Shown here: positions 1-13,614 of the stretch, in pieces
Layout: each line of letters opens with the position of its first letter
How positions within the stretch are numbered: position 1 is the stretch's first letter
From: Catajapyx aquilonaris
Taxonomy: Eukaryota
Length of the DNA stretch: 64,000 nt
NCBI GenBank assembly: GCA_000934665.2
Contig: JYFJ02001779.1
Location: 1 to 64,000, forward strand
Direction of reading: 5' to 3'
Translations under genes and position numbers: made by a program
The notes under the pieces: generated by a model
What the model was told of the DNA's origin: nothing
Seen by the model: only the letters and a program-made list of their open reading frames with translations
The model's database searches: none

Positions 1-752
1 AGTTGCAAATGTAAATGTGGCCCGGTTTATTTATTACTTGCTTCTTGGGTTGGCAGATATCATAACTTCTCCACAAGTCCGTGCCAGTGTTTTTTCCCAC
101 TCCACAGACGGTGGAATGTTATTGTAATAAGGGGGCTGGAACTCTTTTTATCCGGACCATTTGCCATACATGAATTTGTTTTAAGCACATTATGTCCTTT
201 TCCATATTTAAGTAGCTCAAACAATTCCATATAAAATTTCACCTGATACGTGTTCGGTGTTATGCAATAATGTGTCAACCCACAAAAGGTCCAGGAAAAT
301 ACACCCATTCAGCTAAAATCAAGCTGGCGGAATCTGCATACTTCTGCCATAAATGACCGGAACGGACACTGAGTTAATTTCACAGGTGTGACATTCAAAG
401 CAAATTTTTTCAAAACTGTTCTCATGTGGGTTGACTCATTATTGCATAACACCGCCCAATTAAGGTTCCACATTCAACCATGATTTGTGCAATCTGTAAC
501 TTGTTGACTACATGGCTCCTTTTTATTCTTCCAATTGTTGCTGACGTCCTAACTGAAAGTATCTTTCAATATAACCGAGGTCGTGATCTCATTCAGTCCT
601 AAATGACCCTTCCATCCCATCTGAAGATTGACCCAAGAGCTGAGCAAGCAAGTCCTCCCCCATCATTGTACACCGTTAACAAGCAAAAAAAGGTCCACAA
701 GTATTGTGTCCGCCTTCTCGTATTTTTCGCGGCCTCCCCCTAAAGAAAAGGG

Positions 753-772
753 CTCTCTCTCTCTCTCTCTCT
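753..772. repeat. (CT)n microsatellite
   Basis: About 10 CT units read directly. Confidence 0.9.
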
Positions 773-2161
773 CCCTGCCTAACAATGGACAAGGCTTGGC
801 ATAGTTGCAAGTGACCAAAAGAGTAGAATGGGACAGTTGGCAGGCTCGCATCCTGAAGCTCGTCTTTTCCGCCGGAAGCAAAAGCAAGGAGGAAGCTTCG
901 TCGCTCGGATCGATTGCTAACTTCAGGTGGCGTCTAGATAGGCACTATACCCCCAGCTAACTCTCCCCCAGTCGACCAACAATAAACAGAGAGCCTCGAT
1001 GATCGCTTTATAGCCAGACCAGGATTACTATGGCGTGGTGCTGGCCAATGATGCATACCCCCCAAACCTCGTTGCCCTATCAATTACCCCAAGGATATTC
1101 CCACGTCACGGTTTAGTTAGAGGCTTTATGGCACGTTAGTTGGATCTTATATGGTCAGCGTGAGTAATGGGGGGTTGTAAACGGAATAATTGGGAAATTG
1201 AGGGATAGATTTATTTTCCCGTTTTGTTTGGCTCCGTGTCCAAGTGTTATGAAAACATTTAATATGCGATCGGACTGTTGTGTCCTCAATATAACAAGCA
1301 CAGGTTCGACTTCCGGCTCTATTTTTTTATAGACGCATTACTACCTTAACTGCCACCGTCTTTTCCGATCGTATTCCTCAGATTTACGGCCGGGTCATTA
1401 AATAATATGGAACGTCCTTTATTTTCACCCAGCTCTGATTGGCTTGCAAACTCAGATTTTGCTCATTTTTTTAAAAAAAACGTGCTAGTCCGGTTTTTTT
1501 TGGACTGGCTGGGGCTGCGGCACCGATATTGTTTTTCCAGAGCTACCATCCAGGAACGAATAGTGCCGTTGGTGGCTGCATTAGCAATGATCGGCGCCGC
1601 ATTTATGCCGACTATGCGGCGTCGGCCCTTGAAAATTCATGCGCGCTGCTGCCCTGTATCTCCTGCCACCTCATTATACGGGATGAAACAGCTGTCGGCG
1701 GATGTACACAATTTCATGTTGCGTCATTTTGGAGGGACGCAACCACCAGAAAAAAATGGACGCCAATCATATTTAATAATATATAGGTTGGACCCCCTCT
1801 CAATTTGCACCAGAAGCGAGATTGACCTTTTTTCATGCTCGAAATGGCGCGTGTTTTCTGCATTTTGGCGCCGGATAACCGACATTTTTTGACCGTTATT
1901 TTTCAGTTATTTTGGAAGAAACAAAGTATGGCTAGGTCCCTAGAGTGCATCGGAGCGTAATAAGGAGCTAATGATTACTGCAGACCCCCGGAGTTCTCAG
2001 TGCCATTAATCATTGATGAAGGCATTGGCTCAATACTCCGGATCGTGTTCCTTCACCATTGGTGGTAATTAGTATATCACTCTTGACTTGCGCGAATTAG
2101 CAAGTGCAGCTCAGAACTCGTTATTCACACTATCCTTATTCCATTAGGAGCCTCGATTTAC

Positions 2162-2497
2162 CGCGACCTTGCGTCCTGAGACCGCGGGCGCCAATGTCCT
2201 TTGTTGCACTGGAGCTTTGCCCTAATTAGTTCCCTGGCTGCAGAATGGGACAGGACAGCAGCACCCGGAGAAACAAACTCCGGAGACTCGGCTGCTATCT
2301 GTTTATAACGACGGAAAGGGCCACTTGCGACTCGGAATTGATCAACGTGGCCCAGGCTTAGGCGCGCACCACCTGCAATGATCCTCTTCGGATTCGAGCC
2401 AGCTGAAACTTGGCCCGGGATGAAAGTAACGCTTTCCATTACTGGGCTGCCTTGCACTACAGTAATACCGGGAGTCAACGTACTGACAATCTGCAAT
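2162..2497 (-). other. Candidate internal exon of an unidentified minus-strand gene
   Basis: Acceptor TTCCTCCCTGCAG|A and donor CG|GTAAAT bracket 336 nt open in one frame (ORF 2158..2496), phase 2 at both ends. No recognisable protein similarity. Confidence 0.3.
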
Positions 2498-5400
2498 CTG
2501 CAGGGAGGAATGTCCGGAAAAATTACGCAACAATTTTCAATCGACTTGCACTACTTATTAAAACAGGCCTATTGAGACAAAAATCTGTCTATAGAGTTAT
2601 CTTTTAACGCTGGTTCTATAGCCCGATATAGACCGCAGAGGTATATAACGGCACAGATCCAACATTCTCTCTGCCATATTATACCTCAGTTGCCCGGCAG
2701 CCATTTTCATAAGTTAATGGCGGAAATTTCCATGTCGCTGGCATGGCTTATAACGATTTTCTTGTGGACGCGTAAATGTACGGACGCGTTGCTATTCTTA
2801 TCCGGAGGTAGTCGTGTGTTAGTGCGGGAATTACACTAAACGATTCGGGACAGTACATCTTGCGCAGAGTTTGTGCCCTACGGGCGTGTACACTGCACAT
2901 CCAAATGCCAGTCCAACGGGGGCATTTTAAACTCTGGTCCACTCTAAATAATGCGAATCTTATTGATTCGAGTGATGCTATAATCAGCTCATGTGCAGCG
3001 ATCCGGTTTGCCTGGAGGGGAGGACACAAGTGCAGATAACAGTGGACGGATTAAGTGGGACAGTGCGACATTGGCAGAAGAAAAGAGAGACGCCCATTGC
3101 CTTCAGCAGAAGCTGTTTTGTTCCGCTGAATGGTGTTCACACTTGAGCTGCGCAAAGGAGGTTATTACTATATTTTTCTTTTCTCCGGGAGTCGCAGAAA
3201 TTTCAGTTTTTCCCTGCATCAGTGCATCATTCCTCCTTAGAAAGTTTTCCTGTGCGAAGTTCATAGCACGAAATAAACATTTAGGAGAGAGAGCGAGGCT
3301 TGCCCTTCAACGGAATCCAATATCTTGCCCACGGGCGGAGAAGGAGAAGAAGTAAAAAAAAAGAGAGAGAAGACGAACCTACCCTCTGAATTTTTTCGCA
3401 TTGCATTACTTCTTTTTTTTCGTGCTTTCTCCCTCTTATTTTTCCGAGAAAGGAAACGGAATGATTCCGTCGAAAATCTTGCCAACTTAGTCGAACTGAC
3501 ACATTTTTTATATTGCTAGACGCCAGCCATCAGGATATCTGATTCAGGACCGGTTCCTTCTTTTTTGTTGTGGAAGCCACTGCCTAAAAGTGAATCGGAA
3601 GAAAATTACTCAGGCCAACATTGCAGGAGTATGTCAAAAAATGTTTTGGACAATGACGAGCACTGTGGATCGAGACCATCTTCTCTCAGAAGAGTTCACA
3701 TGGCTTATTTACGCTATGCTAACCAGTACAAGTTTGTGGGTTTTGACATTTCCCAGCGATTAACATTCATCGAACAGCAGCTACCTTTTGCAGCTACTGT
3801 TTATCCCCACATGTGTCAGCTACTCGCACAGTGTGTGACATTCCCATGGCCAGAAAATGCCCGCACCCAAAACCGGACGCCAGCAGGTGTGGGCATATTC
3901 AAGGCAGCAGACCAGTGGTCACCAGTGCAGGCCGACACATACATACTTAAACGTATCATTTCATCGATACCAGCTCACTTACAGCCCTATTTTTTTAGGT
4001 AGGAGGTTTGTTCGACACGTGCCATAGTAGATCATTGTGACGTGATAACAACACTAATGAGAATCGGTCACGCGCCTGGAATTTACTTTTTTATTCGGGG
4101 GGACGGTTTTTATTAAGAGTAATCCTGCAGGAGGCAGTTAGGAGTAATGGAATGAAGGCGAGCTTTATTATCTGAAATAATATTTCTCGGCACAGGCTCA
4201 TCAGTCTGGGGCTTGGGCGCGTCTCTCTCCCCAAATCCGGCAAAGTCCCCAGATCTATTCATCCTGCTGAACTAATAATCCCGAAAGAATTGAAGGTTTT
4301 AGGTGGCTCCTTGCTATCTCGGGAGCAGACAATGATCGTTCGGCGAAAGGAAGGGCTTAAGAATTTAACTGCCGGTCACAATTTGTTTTCCACGCATCAT
4401 TTGGCACCAAGTGAGGTCTATCGGAACCGGTTCTCTCTCGTCTAGATTTTTGCTATCCAGTTTTATACAAGCCCATGTTGGTGTCAAGTACGCTGCAATG
4501 TTCCTTGAATTGCTGGGCCAGCGCATGTTTCAACAGCGGCGTTCATTGTGACCTCAGTGGTAACCCCTGGGCTTAATCACTTTCGTTAGCTTCACCAGAA
4601 GAAAAGGGCGACCCTATCACCTTCATTTCCTTTTTTTTTATCAATGAAGTGCACAAAAGCGGCGATGTGGTGTGAATACAAGAGGGCTTGAATTGCTGCC
4701 AGGCTGGCTCGGCATTGTTTGCAACAAAGCGATTGGATGGCTTCAATGGCCAAGCATACCAATGAATGTAGGTCTACGCCTCACCGATTCCACTGCACCC
4801 CTCCCCATCCCTTCTCTTTTCTTTCCACTGATGGGGTTTGTTTTGGCAATCTTTACCAGCAACGCCTGCCTGTTTATGCCGCATGCTCGATTGATCAAAA
4901 AAAATATTTGAAATAATATCAGCAAGGACAATCATGCACTATAGTGCGAGCAAAACAAGTTGCACATTTGTCAACGCAGCACATGGCAACAATGTAGTGT
5001 TTCCTCACCCAGATTATTATTCTGCAACAATTTTCAAGAGTCTGGATATTGCTAAACACCTTTATCTCCCTAAAGAGAAGTTCATTAAATTTCTGACTTC
5101 CTTAAGGAGTATCGGGTTGAGCGAGTTGGGGTCTTTTCCTCGAACTTCAGTGTTTCGTTAGTAATCTCTTCGGGAGACTTTGGAAGATTATTGAGCAGGA
5201 AGGGTAATCCAAGAAGGAGATGGCTAACTTCCTCCGCTGGCCAGTCGGTATGTTCGCCTTACTTGACAAGAGCCTGAATTCGAGACGACCCGGCGATAAA
5301 GAACCTAAAAAGAGAGGAAGAATTATTTAGCTGGCCCAACTCGTGAGAGAGAGGTATTTCCCGAAGGACGGAAGGAAAGACAAATGGTGATAAGTCCGTG

Positions 5401-5564
5401 ATTTTAGGTTTCGCTGCAGCCCCCAGGATTAGCTCCCGCTGAATGACTTTTACATTAAGTCAGCTTAAGACTGATAATAGTCCTGCTCGATATCTTACTC
5501 GGATTAGGGAACATGCAAGAAACTGATGCTGATTACTCGGGTTTTGTACTCTGTTTTTTTATAA

Positions 5565-5609
5565 ATCAGATTAGTAGACATCAGATTAAGTAGACATCAG
5601 ATTAAGTAG
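5565..5609. repeat. Tandem repeat, ~3 copies of ATCAGATTAAGTAGAC
   Basis: Units at 5565 (15 bp, one A missing), 5580 (16 bp) and 5596 (partial). Confidence 0.85.
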
Positions 5610-8600
5610 GACAGGCTCACAATAATGAGTGTATACTCATTAAGTCCTGCTTTTCTGCGCTAATTTTGTTTAATATTATTTTGTCTAGTCTTTTCACATT
5701 GAACGACAATAATCCTGAAGCCGATATTTGTTTTTTTTCAGCGATTCACACAGCCGCGCAATTTGTTACTTTTTATCATACACAGTTGCTTCAAACTATT
5801 GCTTCCTACACGCGCGAAAGTGGCAAAAATTGTGTCCATTTGCCAAGTATAAATGCCCACCAAACAAGCCTTTAACGACCGTAGGACCAAAGCAGAAGGT
5901 TTATTAAAGGAAGGAAAAGGGGCCAGTGAAAAGAAGTTAGAAAGAAAGTAAATGCGCTCTCTGTTGGAGGAAGAGGCTCAGTTTCCCCGTCGAGAGTAGC
6001 TGCTGATGGACCATTGCATCTTGGTTTTTGTGACTCGCCTGCTTCCGTTTCGAGGGGGAAAAACTGCAAACACAAACATCTCGCAAATATTTGCACCACA
6101 TTTGCTTTAAAAAGATTGTAAGGCATCTAGCTCTAAATTATTTTGCATTTTTTTCCCTCCAAATCACCCCAGTCTCAGGTTAGTGAACAAAAAAGATCTC
6201 ACGCTGCTTTCTGATATTAAAACCAGTTATCCGCAAAGGGCAGGCGGGTTTAGCGCCATGTCCTGGCAACAACAACGCTTCACTTTTGGCGATAGTTGCA
6301 GAGCGGTATATCACAGTGCGGCGCTGCACTTTTGACGTCTATCTCTATGCATTGCGGCCCATACAGTGCTTCACACTTTGGACCCACTAATTAATTGTCA
6401 CGGATGCACCACCATTCTGTCTGGAGCACGCCCCACTTCCATATACGCCTGGCTAATAGCGCGTCTGGTCTGCCCTGATGCAATGATGGCCTTTGATGGC
6501 ACAAACAGGGTGTTTGGAAAGTATGACGCCAGAGTGATACCACAGGTAGAGGACACCCATTCTGAATCAAAAAGTCATATAGTGCTTTGTCGAAAAACCA
6601 GCCTTTTAAATTCAAAATGACATATTCTATCATTTTCCCCCTCCAGACACCGTATATGCGTGCATATCTTCGAACGCGGCCAATATCCGCGTTGTCAGCT
6701 CTGTAATATCGCAGCTCCGGCAACAAAAGATGAATCACCGGTATTCCAAACTCCCTGAAGCAAGGGGGCAGTGATTATCCCATACATGAACATTCCTGAA
6801 TCTCGACCCCGGTCAGTGAGAAGAAAACATACAAAAAAAAAATATTCGGGCTCGCAGGAATTTAATTTATCAATGCCATAATCGAATAGCTGCACGTCCT
6901 TGGTCATCATTAATACAGCCCGCGAACCAGATGAGCACATGCATGTGGTAGGGACTCCAAGCCCCTCCAGGGCACCACGTTAGCCATTTCAAACCCAATA
7001 CATCAAACTGGGGATAACAAGCAGGGCGGGAGCTATGATGGATGCGGTGTCGCTGGTCCTTTGCAGCCTGACATGCTCGGATTGGCCCAATAGATAGGCG
7101 GCCTATCTGCGGTGCCATCAAGGGTAGGCAGGAAATGTGTGGTGGGGAGGTTTGGATGGGTGGTTGTAAAAGGGAGAGAAAAAGAGAGAGTAAAAAAATA
7201 GTCTTCTCAGTGCAGTGTCAGAAAGCAAATTTCCTTACACACTATTTGGCGTCACTTGGGAATTTCACTCTTAATAATATGGTATCATACACATGCTCTA
7301 ATTGCACGAATATGTTCAGCAGTGTACATCCTAGTAATGCTGCAAGTCCATCCAATATGTTGTGCAGTGCACATCTATACGCAGTAGCCCACTTTCATTA
7401 TTTTATAATTTGGACACGGTACCATATAAAATAGTTGTAAAGCTTTAACCCAATATTGATCCTTTCGCTTTGTCCCTAAATAATTCTAGGTTTACCAGAT
7501 TTAGTGCGCCGGGCCTGGAGAGTGAAATGGACGCCGAGCATCAGACTGCTCATTAACCGAAATGAAAATGCAAAAAAACTAGAATGGACAGCGAATCCGC
7601 CAATATTTTTTTCGCAACGTTCAAAATCGCTCATCCGCATGCAACGGCAGCTTTGTTTCTTCCCTCTGAAACCTTGCCGGCCTCATTAAGTGGTCATTTA
7701 GAAAACTTAAATTGTTTCAACCCCTCCATAAAGGAACCGCTTCTGGGGAAGGGGCTAACTTTACTGCCCAGGTCTACCAACTTGTGAGACGCCCGCAATA
7801 TTGTTAGGTGTGAGCTTTTCTCCTTTTTATACGCAATTATTGAGCGCTGGCTATATAAAAATACAGGTTACTTTCTGTTTACCTTGCTGGCTTTTCCCAT
7901 CCTTTTTTATGTCAGTTTTTTTTCCTTCTTCTCCCGGGCCTTCCATCTTCCCATTTCCAGCTTCCCTAGAAAAGAACCGTAGCCGACTCGGAAACGGAGC
8001 GTTTGCTGCTTCAAGCAAGCAGAAAGACGAGTGCAGTCAATCGTGTCGCCGAGACTCGGCCGTCGTGGATTATTGTCCCTCGTGCCGCTCTTAGGGGCAG
8101 GAACGACGCCACCGACGCCACCGATGCCCTCCCTCCTACCATACCACCGAAAAACTTTTCTCCTTTTGCCGTCTTTTGTGCGCCGATGACTACGTCTCCC
8201 CAGCAACATCCCAAAGGACCTAATCTCTTCCAGAAGATGTCTAGAGGGGAAACAACGTTGCTCATTCCTGACGTGAATTACATATTAATGGATGTATTGA
8301 CCGGCTATTCTGGTATGCATTAATTCGGGCGGTAATTCTATTTCCAGGTCTTTATGCAAAAGAGCGTCCTCAGAATAATCTCATTTTGTTGGATCACTTT
8401 TTTTGCGGTCTTTTTTAGTGGTCGTTGTGTGGGGAGAGAGCGGAGGGATACACAAAAAGCTGTGGGGGGGAAAACTTTTGTTGTTGTGTTTTTTGGTGGA
8501 GGGGTGAAATAATTTCTTGTTCGTGTGTGGAGTTGGGAGAGAAAACACACACAAAAAATTGTCATGGGCTTGTCGTGGTTGGATATGCGGACTTTTGGGT

Positions 8601-11600
8601 TGTAAAAAGCGTGGGATTTATTAAATTAAATGGCGGACTTTGCATGTGCACTTTTTGAGCGCAATAATCGTGGTGGAAATGCTCGGTAAAATATTACATG
8701 TAAGGATAGATTTTGACTTTAGAATCACTTGAAGTTTTTCCTAATACAATATGCAAAAGTGAATCGGTTGTAATATTACAAGAATTCAGCAAATAAGAGG
8801 AGTGTTATGAATGCAAACATATGTTTCTGACGGTATAATAAGCATAAAAGACACCCAAAATGTATTAATTAATTGAAGTTTATTAACATATTCTACTAGA
8901 AAATAATAACCTGCTCTAAATAAAACACTTGCACGCGAAACATTGGTGGTTACATGCTTTAAACAGTTTAAAGCAATCGCACACAAGTTGAGTTACGTTT
9001 GCCTAATTTAACCCCACCTTAAATTAAATTAATGAACCGTGGTACATACGCTCTCGGGTCTCAAAGCTCGTACATTTTGCATAGCCCCTCGTTGTAGAGC
9101 CCCGGAAAAAAACCCGTGAGAGGTATTTTCGGTCACCTCGATCAATTTCAGCATCATTCAATTTTGAAAGTCCGGCAGCAGCAGTCGGCACAAAACTTTG
9201 TTTGAATACAATTGTTGGGGACCATTCAATCGAATCGGCCACTGCCAGGGTTTCATAGAGAGCGGGTTCCGTTGCATAGCTGTCAGTCTAGCATTGGGAG
9301 CTCCAAAAAAACGAGAGAGAGAGAGCACTGGTTTGTTGATTGGATTGAAAAGAGCTCCCATGAAAACCTTGAGCGCCCATCACGCAGTCACATGCTCTTT
9401 GCCCAAAACACATACACACATGCCCCCCCTTTTTTTAAAATCCAGCATCCCTCAAATTGGCATGAAAGTGAGCTGAAAATGCCAATCGTCTTCCGGCTCA
9501 TAATTTGCCCAATTTGCTCCTGGACCGCCTTCACATTCCCAATAACGCCAAATAATATAAAAAGGTGGTATTGTCGAAAGGTGACCTCCCAGGGAATATT
9601 TATCAAGGGAAAGAGAGGGGGGACGTCGCATAAAAGAGCTGGAGGGGAGAGCAGGTCACAGACAATGCACTTGCTCCCGTGTAATCAAGCGAACACGGTT
9701 TAAGTGGGGCAAAGGGGCGGAATACAAATGTGGTGCCTGATGAGGTGCAGGGCCATACTTTCAAGGATAGAAGGGAGGGTTGAATATCACGTCGACTCGG
9801 ATGCATCACTGTCGCAACAGGACCAGAAATCCCCGACTCTTTCCACTGCTCCGAGAGGCTGGTCGAATTAGATGTCATTTCATGTCGGTTCTCTACTGAA
9901 CCCGACATGTCACTGCACTGCACTACTTGCTCTGTACACTGTTTAGCGACACACCTTTTAATTCCGCGCAGCAACCTTCCAAAGTGGACAGCGGTGTTAA
10001 TTGGTGTCGACTGGGCCACAACAATAAGGCAGCGATGTTATCTAGTATTCCGGAGTAATAATGTCGGACGGGCCTGCATTTCCAGTCGACGGTGGGACCC
10101 TGATTCTCGTGTCACGCGCGGTGCCTTTGCTTTCTGATGCCCATCATTTCGTATTACGACGTCGTTAAACTTGGGCGGAATCGTCTTTAATAAGGCTGCG
10201 AATGGTTCACTCTGCATCGAGGGAGAGAACCTGACAAAATGCAGCCAGACCTATTGTTAAAACCCTCTCTTCTAAAGCGGGCATAATTACAAAAATGTCG
10301 TCGGATGCTTTTGCAGGCGAAGATTCACTCGCTGCAATTACTTGAAATGGGGACTGTTTTTTTTGGCGTCTTATATTTTTTGGAAGCGAAAAAAGGACCT
10401 CTTTAGCAGTGGATCGACTGGCGAGATTGCCCCCGTTTTCCTTTTCTCCGTCGCCAACACAACAAAAGAAAAGAACCGTGGAAAAAGGAGAGAAAGGGGG
10501 GGGGGGGGAAAGATTGCATGCATTACGATTCCACAGCCCCCCCTACGAAAAACGCACACCGGCAGAAGCAGATAAAGCGTGCGAGAGGGCTATACATCAC
10601 ACTTCAATGAAATTGAGGCTTGCTGAGATAGAGAGATCTATGCACGGGGAGACCGGCGCCAGTGTCTGAATTTGCAGCCGAAATAGGTAGAAATGCATTT
10701 AGACCAATCCCATCAAATGGTTCTGAAGGCAACAATGGGCAAATCATAATTAAATATACGGTTGTGCATATGTGGAAAGAACATTAATTTCTTTAGGGTT
10801 TACAGCCCGGAGCATGATGTTCATTAGGAATGGAAGGGGAGAGGAGAGAATAAAAAAGGGTAGTGAGGATAATACCAAGGCTCAGTCCAGCTTTGTGTGG
10901 CTTTTCCTTTGGGAACCTCCTCATTGAGTGAAAAGAGGTGAACTAATCAATCTGGCTGCATTGTCGGGATCTGTACGTCGCATGTTGGGGAGGTATAAAT
11001 AGGACTGTCATTACTGCTAGTACAAGGATTTTGGGGGGAAAAAAGAGAGAGAGCTGGGGGGAAGGGTTCTAGGCCAAAATCTCAGTTCTGATTGGCAGCC
11101 CACAACATTGATTTGGGCTTGTTTTTTTTACTATTCTCTACCCACCGTGCACCGCTGCTTTTGTACGCCCATGAATGAAAATACCAACCTCTGATGAGAA
11201 TTTAAGCAGATCCTGCGAATGCTGTAGGATGTAATTAATTGTCGATTGACGATGGTAATGAAATGACCGTAAAAAAGCTTCCCAGAGTAGGATTGTTTTG
11301 TAGCTGCAGAGACAACTCGGGGAATTTTCACAAAAATATTCGCTGGCCAGCCAGACGGAACGGACATGATAATACCCTTAAAATGTTCCGACGGCTGTTC
11401 ACCAGGATATTTTTTTAAAAAAATTCTAGCACCTTGCTACATTTTTCACGCCTGCGTAACACTTCGTTTGCAGCGAATCCGTTTCCACGTGTAACAATTG
11501 CACCCTTCCTCCTTAGTTATTCCACACATTTTTATACCCACGCCCTACCTCTTCTTCGGGCGCTTATTGTCACCCGAAAGCTCTCTGGAAGCTGTTGGAG

Positions 11601-13582
11601 GGCAAACCCGGAGAGGAATAAAGAGGCTCTTAGCGAACTGGTTGGAGGGGACTGCGTTTCTCGTCTCCTGCGTTGCTGATTCATTCATCAAGCACCGTAT
11701 TTGCTTTCCCCTGATTGAATTTGCACCCTCTACTCTTCCCCATCCCCAGCCCAAATCCCACCCACACATCCCACCCCTCTAACCCTTGGGACCAGGCCAC
11801 TTGGGTGCCTCCGTTCCTTCCTCAGGGTCGAACTAACCCAATTGGCAGGTGAACGTGACCCTAACTGTGATTAATTATGGTTTGGATGAATGCGACGCCG
11901 CTACCATGGATTTTCCCTATACCAGAGAGGTCTCTGGAGAAGTGTGGTGTTTCGTTGTGATGTTACACACGTGGGAAGGTATAGAGGATTCCACCTCGGG
12001 CCTGCAGTGGGGGGGAAGATGTAACCTGATGGACCGTACCGTTGGAGAATAAATTACTGGCATTGATTACGGCTGATCTGGTTAACAAGAATGCAATTAT
12101 AACTTATTTTCTCTCAGTGGCTAAAACATGTGCCACATTGTTCCTCTTAACACAGCTATGCCTGCCGTCTAGATTATAGTATAGACACAGAGGACACTAA
12201 CTTGTAGCGTTGTAATTTCCTCATAAGGAGAAAAAAATATTAAAAATATGAAAAAAATAATTATTCGGGTTAAGAGCGTTAAGAGGTACTTTGTTGCGTC
12301 TCATTATTATTTTAAAATGCTAGTTATTGATACATAAGTCCGGGCATGCCTCACTTGCAAACACCCATAAGTTCTCACCCTGCAGGCCAATTTAAGCCGA
12401 AGAGCACGGAAACGGTTGCGGTTAGAAGCTCGAAAAGAGTCGTGCCATCCCTTGGGCCATATTTTCAGCATCCGCACACACCACGGCGGCAGCACAAGCA
12501 ATCGGAAAAGAGTAAGAAAAACATCCCTCATATCATAATGTGCCAGGCGTCGCGGATGTCAACCTTCCCCCGGAGTTTCCTCCCTCTTTCTCTCTCTCAC
12601 ACACATTTTTTCTTCTTCTTCTTCTTATATATGAAACCATTCGCATGCAGAAGCGCCCAAAGCACAATAGGCCACTTGCCGGATTCTCTTCCCCTGAGGG
12701 ATTGCCGAAAAGAATTGTACGGAGAGATGGGATGGGAAGGGAGAAGAAGAAGGAAGAAAAAAAAGGCTGGTCAGATTTTGAAAATGGCTTTGGATTCCGT
12801 CCATTGTCAGCAGGTGGTGCTGAACCCTTGGATGAGGGAGAAACGAAGGCGGGAGAGATATATGGATGGAGAGTTCGCTTGAATACGTAGGCCTACATTA
12901 TAAGAAAAAGGGAAAAGTGGGGAGGTGGAATCACGCTCATCATTGGCACCTGGGAGAGAGAAAAACTTTTGCTTGCAAATTTACGGGTTGTTTCCTCAGC
13001 GGCCCGTTTGGAAACATTGCACGTCCGGAGACGGAGAGGTAATGAAATTTTGGAAGAGGGGTAGACTGCATGTCGCCAACAAGGTGACAAATCTGCCGCG
13101 TAATCGAGTAACAATGGTCCTGCACATTAGACCAGCCTGCTATATAGAAAAGGAGCCGAAACAAATCCATAATAAATATCCGCGTTGTATGATTTCCAAT
13201 TCAGGTCGGTTGGCAGGCTTGGGTGATTTAAGTTTCTGCAAATGATCATCGGATTGTTTTGAAAACTTGCCAAGAAAACGGAATGGTTTGAAATGGGGGG
13301 GGAGAGATGAAAAACATCTAAATGTATTAGTCCCGGTTTTCGGATGTCTTGGAGAGTAGAACTCCACTTTTCCATTTACATTCATAACTAGGCGAAGAGG
13401 CGCCTGCGGGATGGGAGCTTGAAACAAAAGGCGTGTCTCTCTATTAAGCGGTTGCCAGCAAGACAGTGAAATCTTGGGGGGTGTTTCTCACGGACCTAAT
13501 CAATGTGTCGCGCTTTAATTCCGGGTATCCCAGGCTGCAATACAGGATGGCATTTGGCTTTGATGAACATCCGCCAACTTTA

Positions 13583-13586
<4 letters not shown>

Positions 13587-13614
<28 letters not shown>
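13587..13614. repeat. (TC)n microsatellite
   Basis: About 14 TC units read directly. Confidence 0.9.

Noticed and set aside
11348..11397. Imperfect hairpin CAGCC...GGCTG as a possible pre-miRNA
   Set aside because: Short, bulged stem with no match to any conserved miRNA I recognise.
12346..12890. 178-aa and 116-aa ORFs with poly-Phe/Lys/Arg runs
   Set aside because: Products of low-complexity CT/GA tracts, with no splice or homology support.
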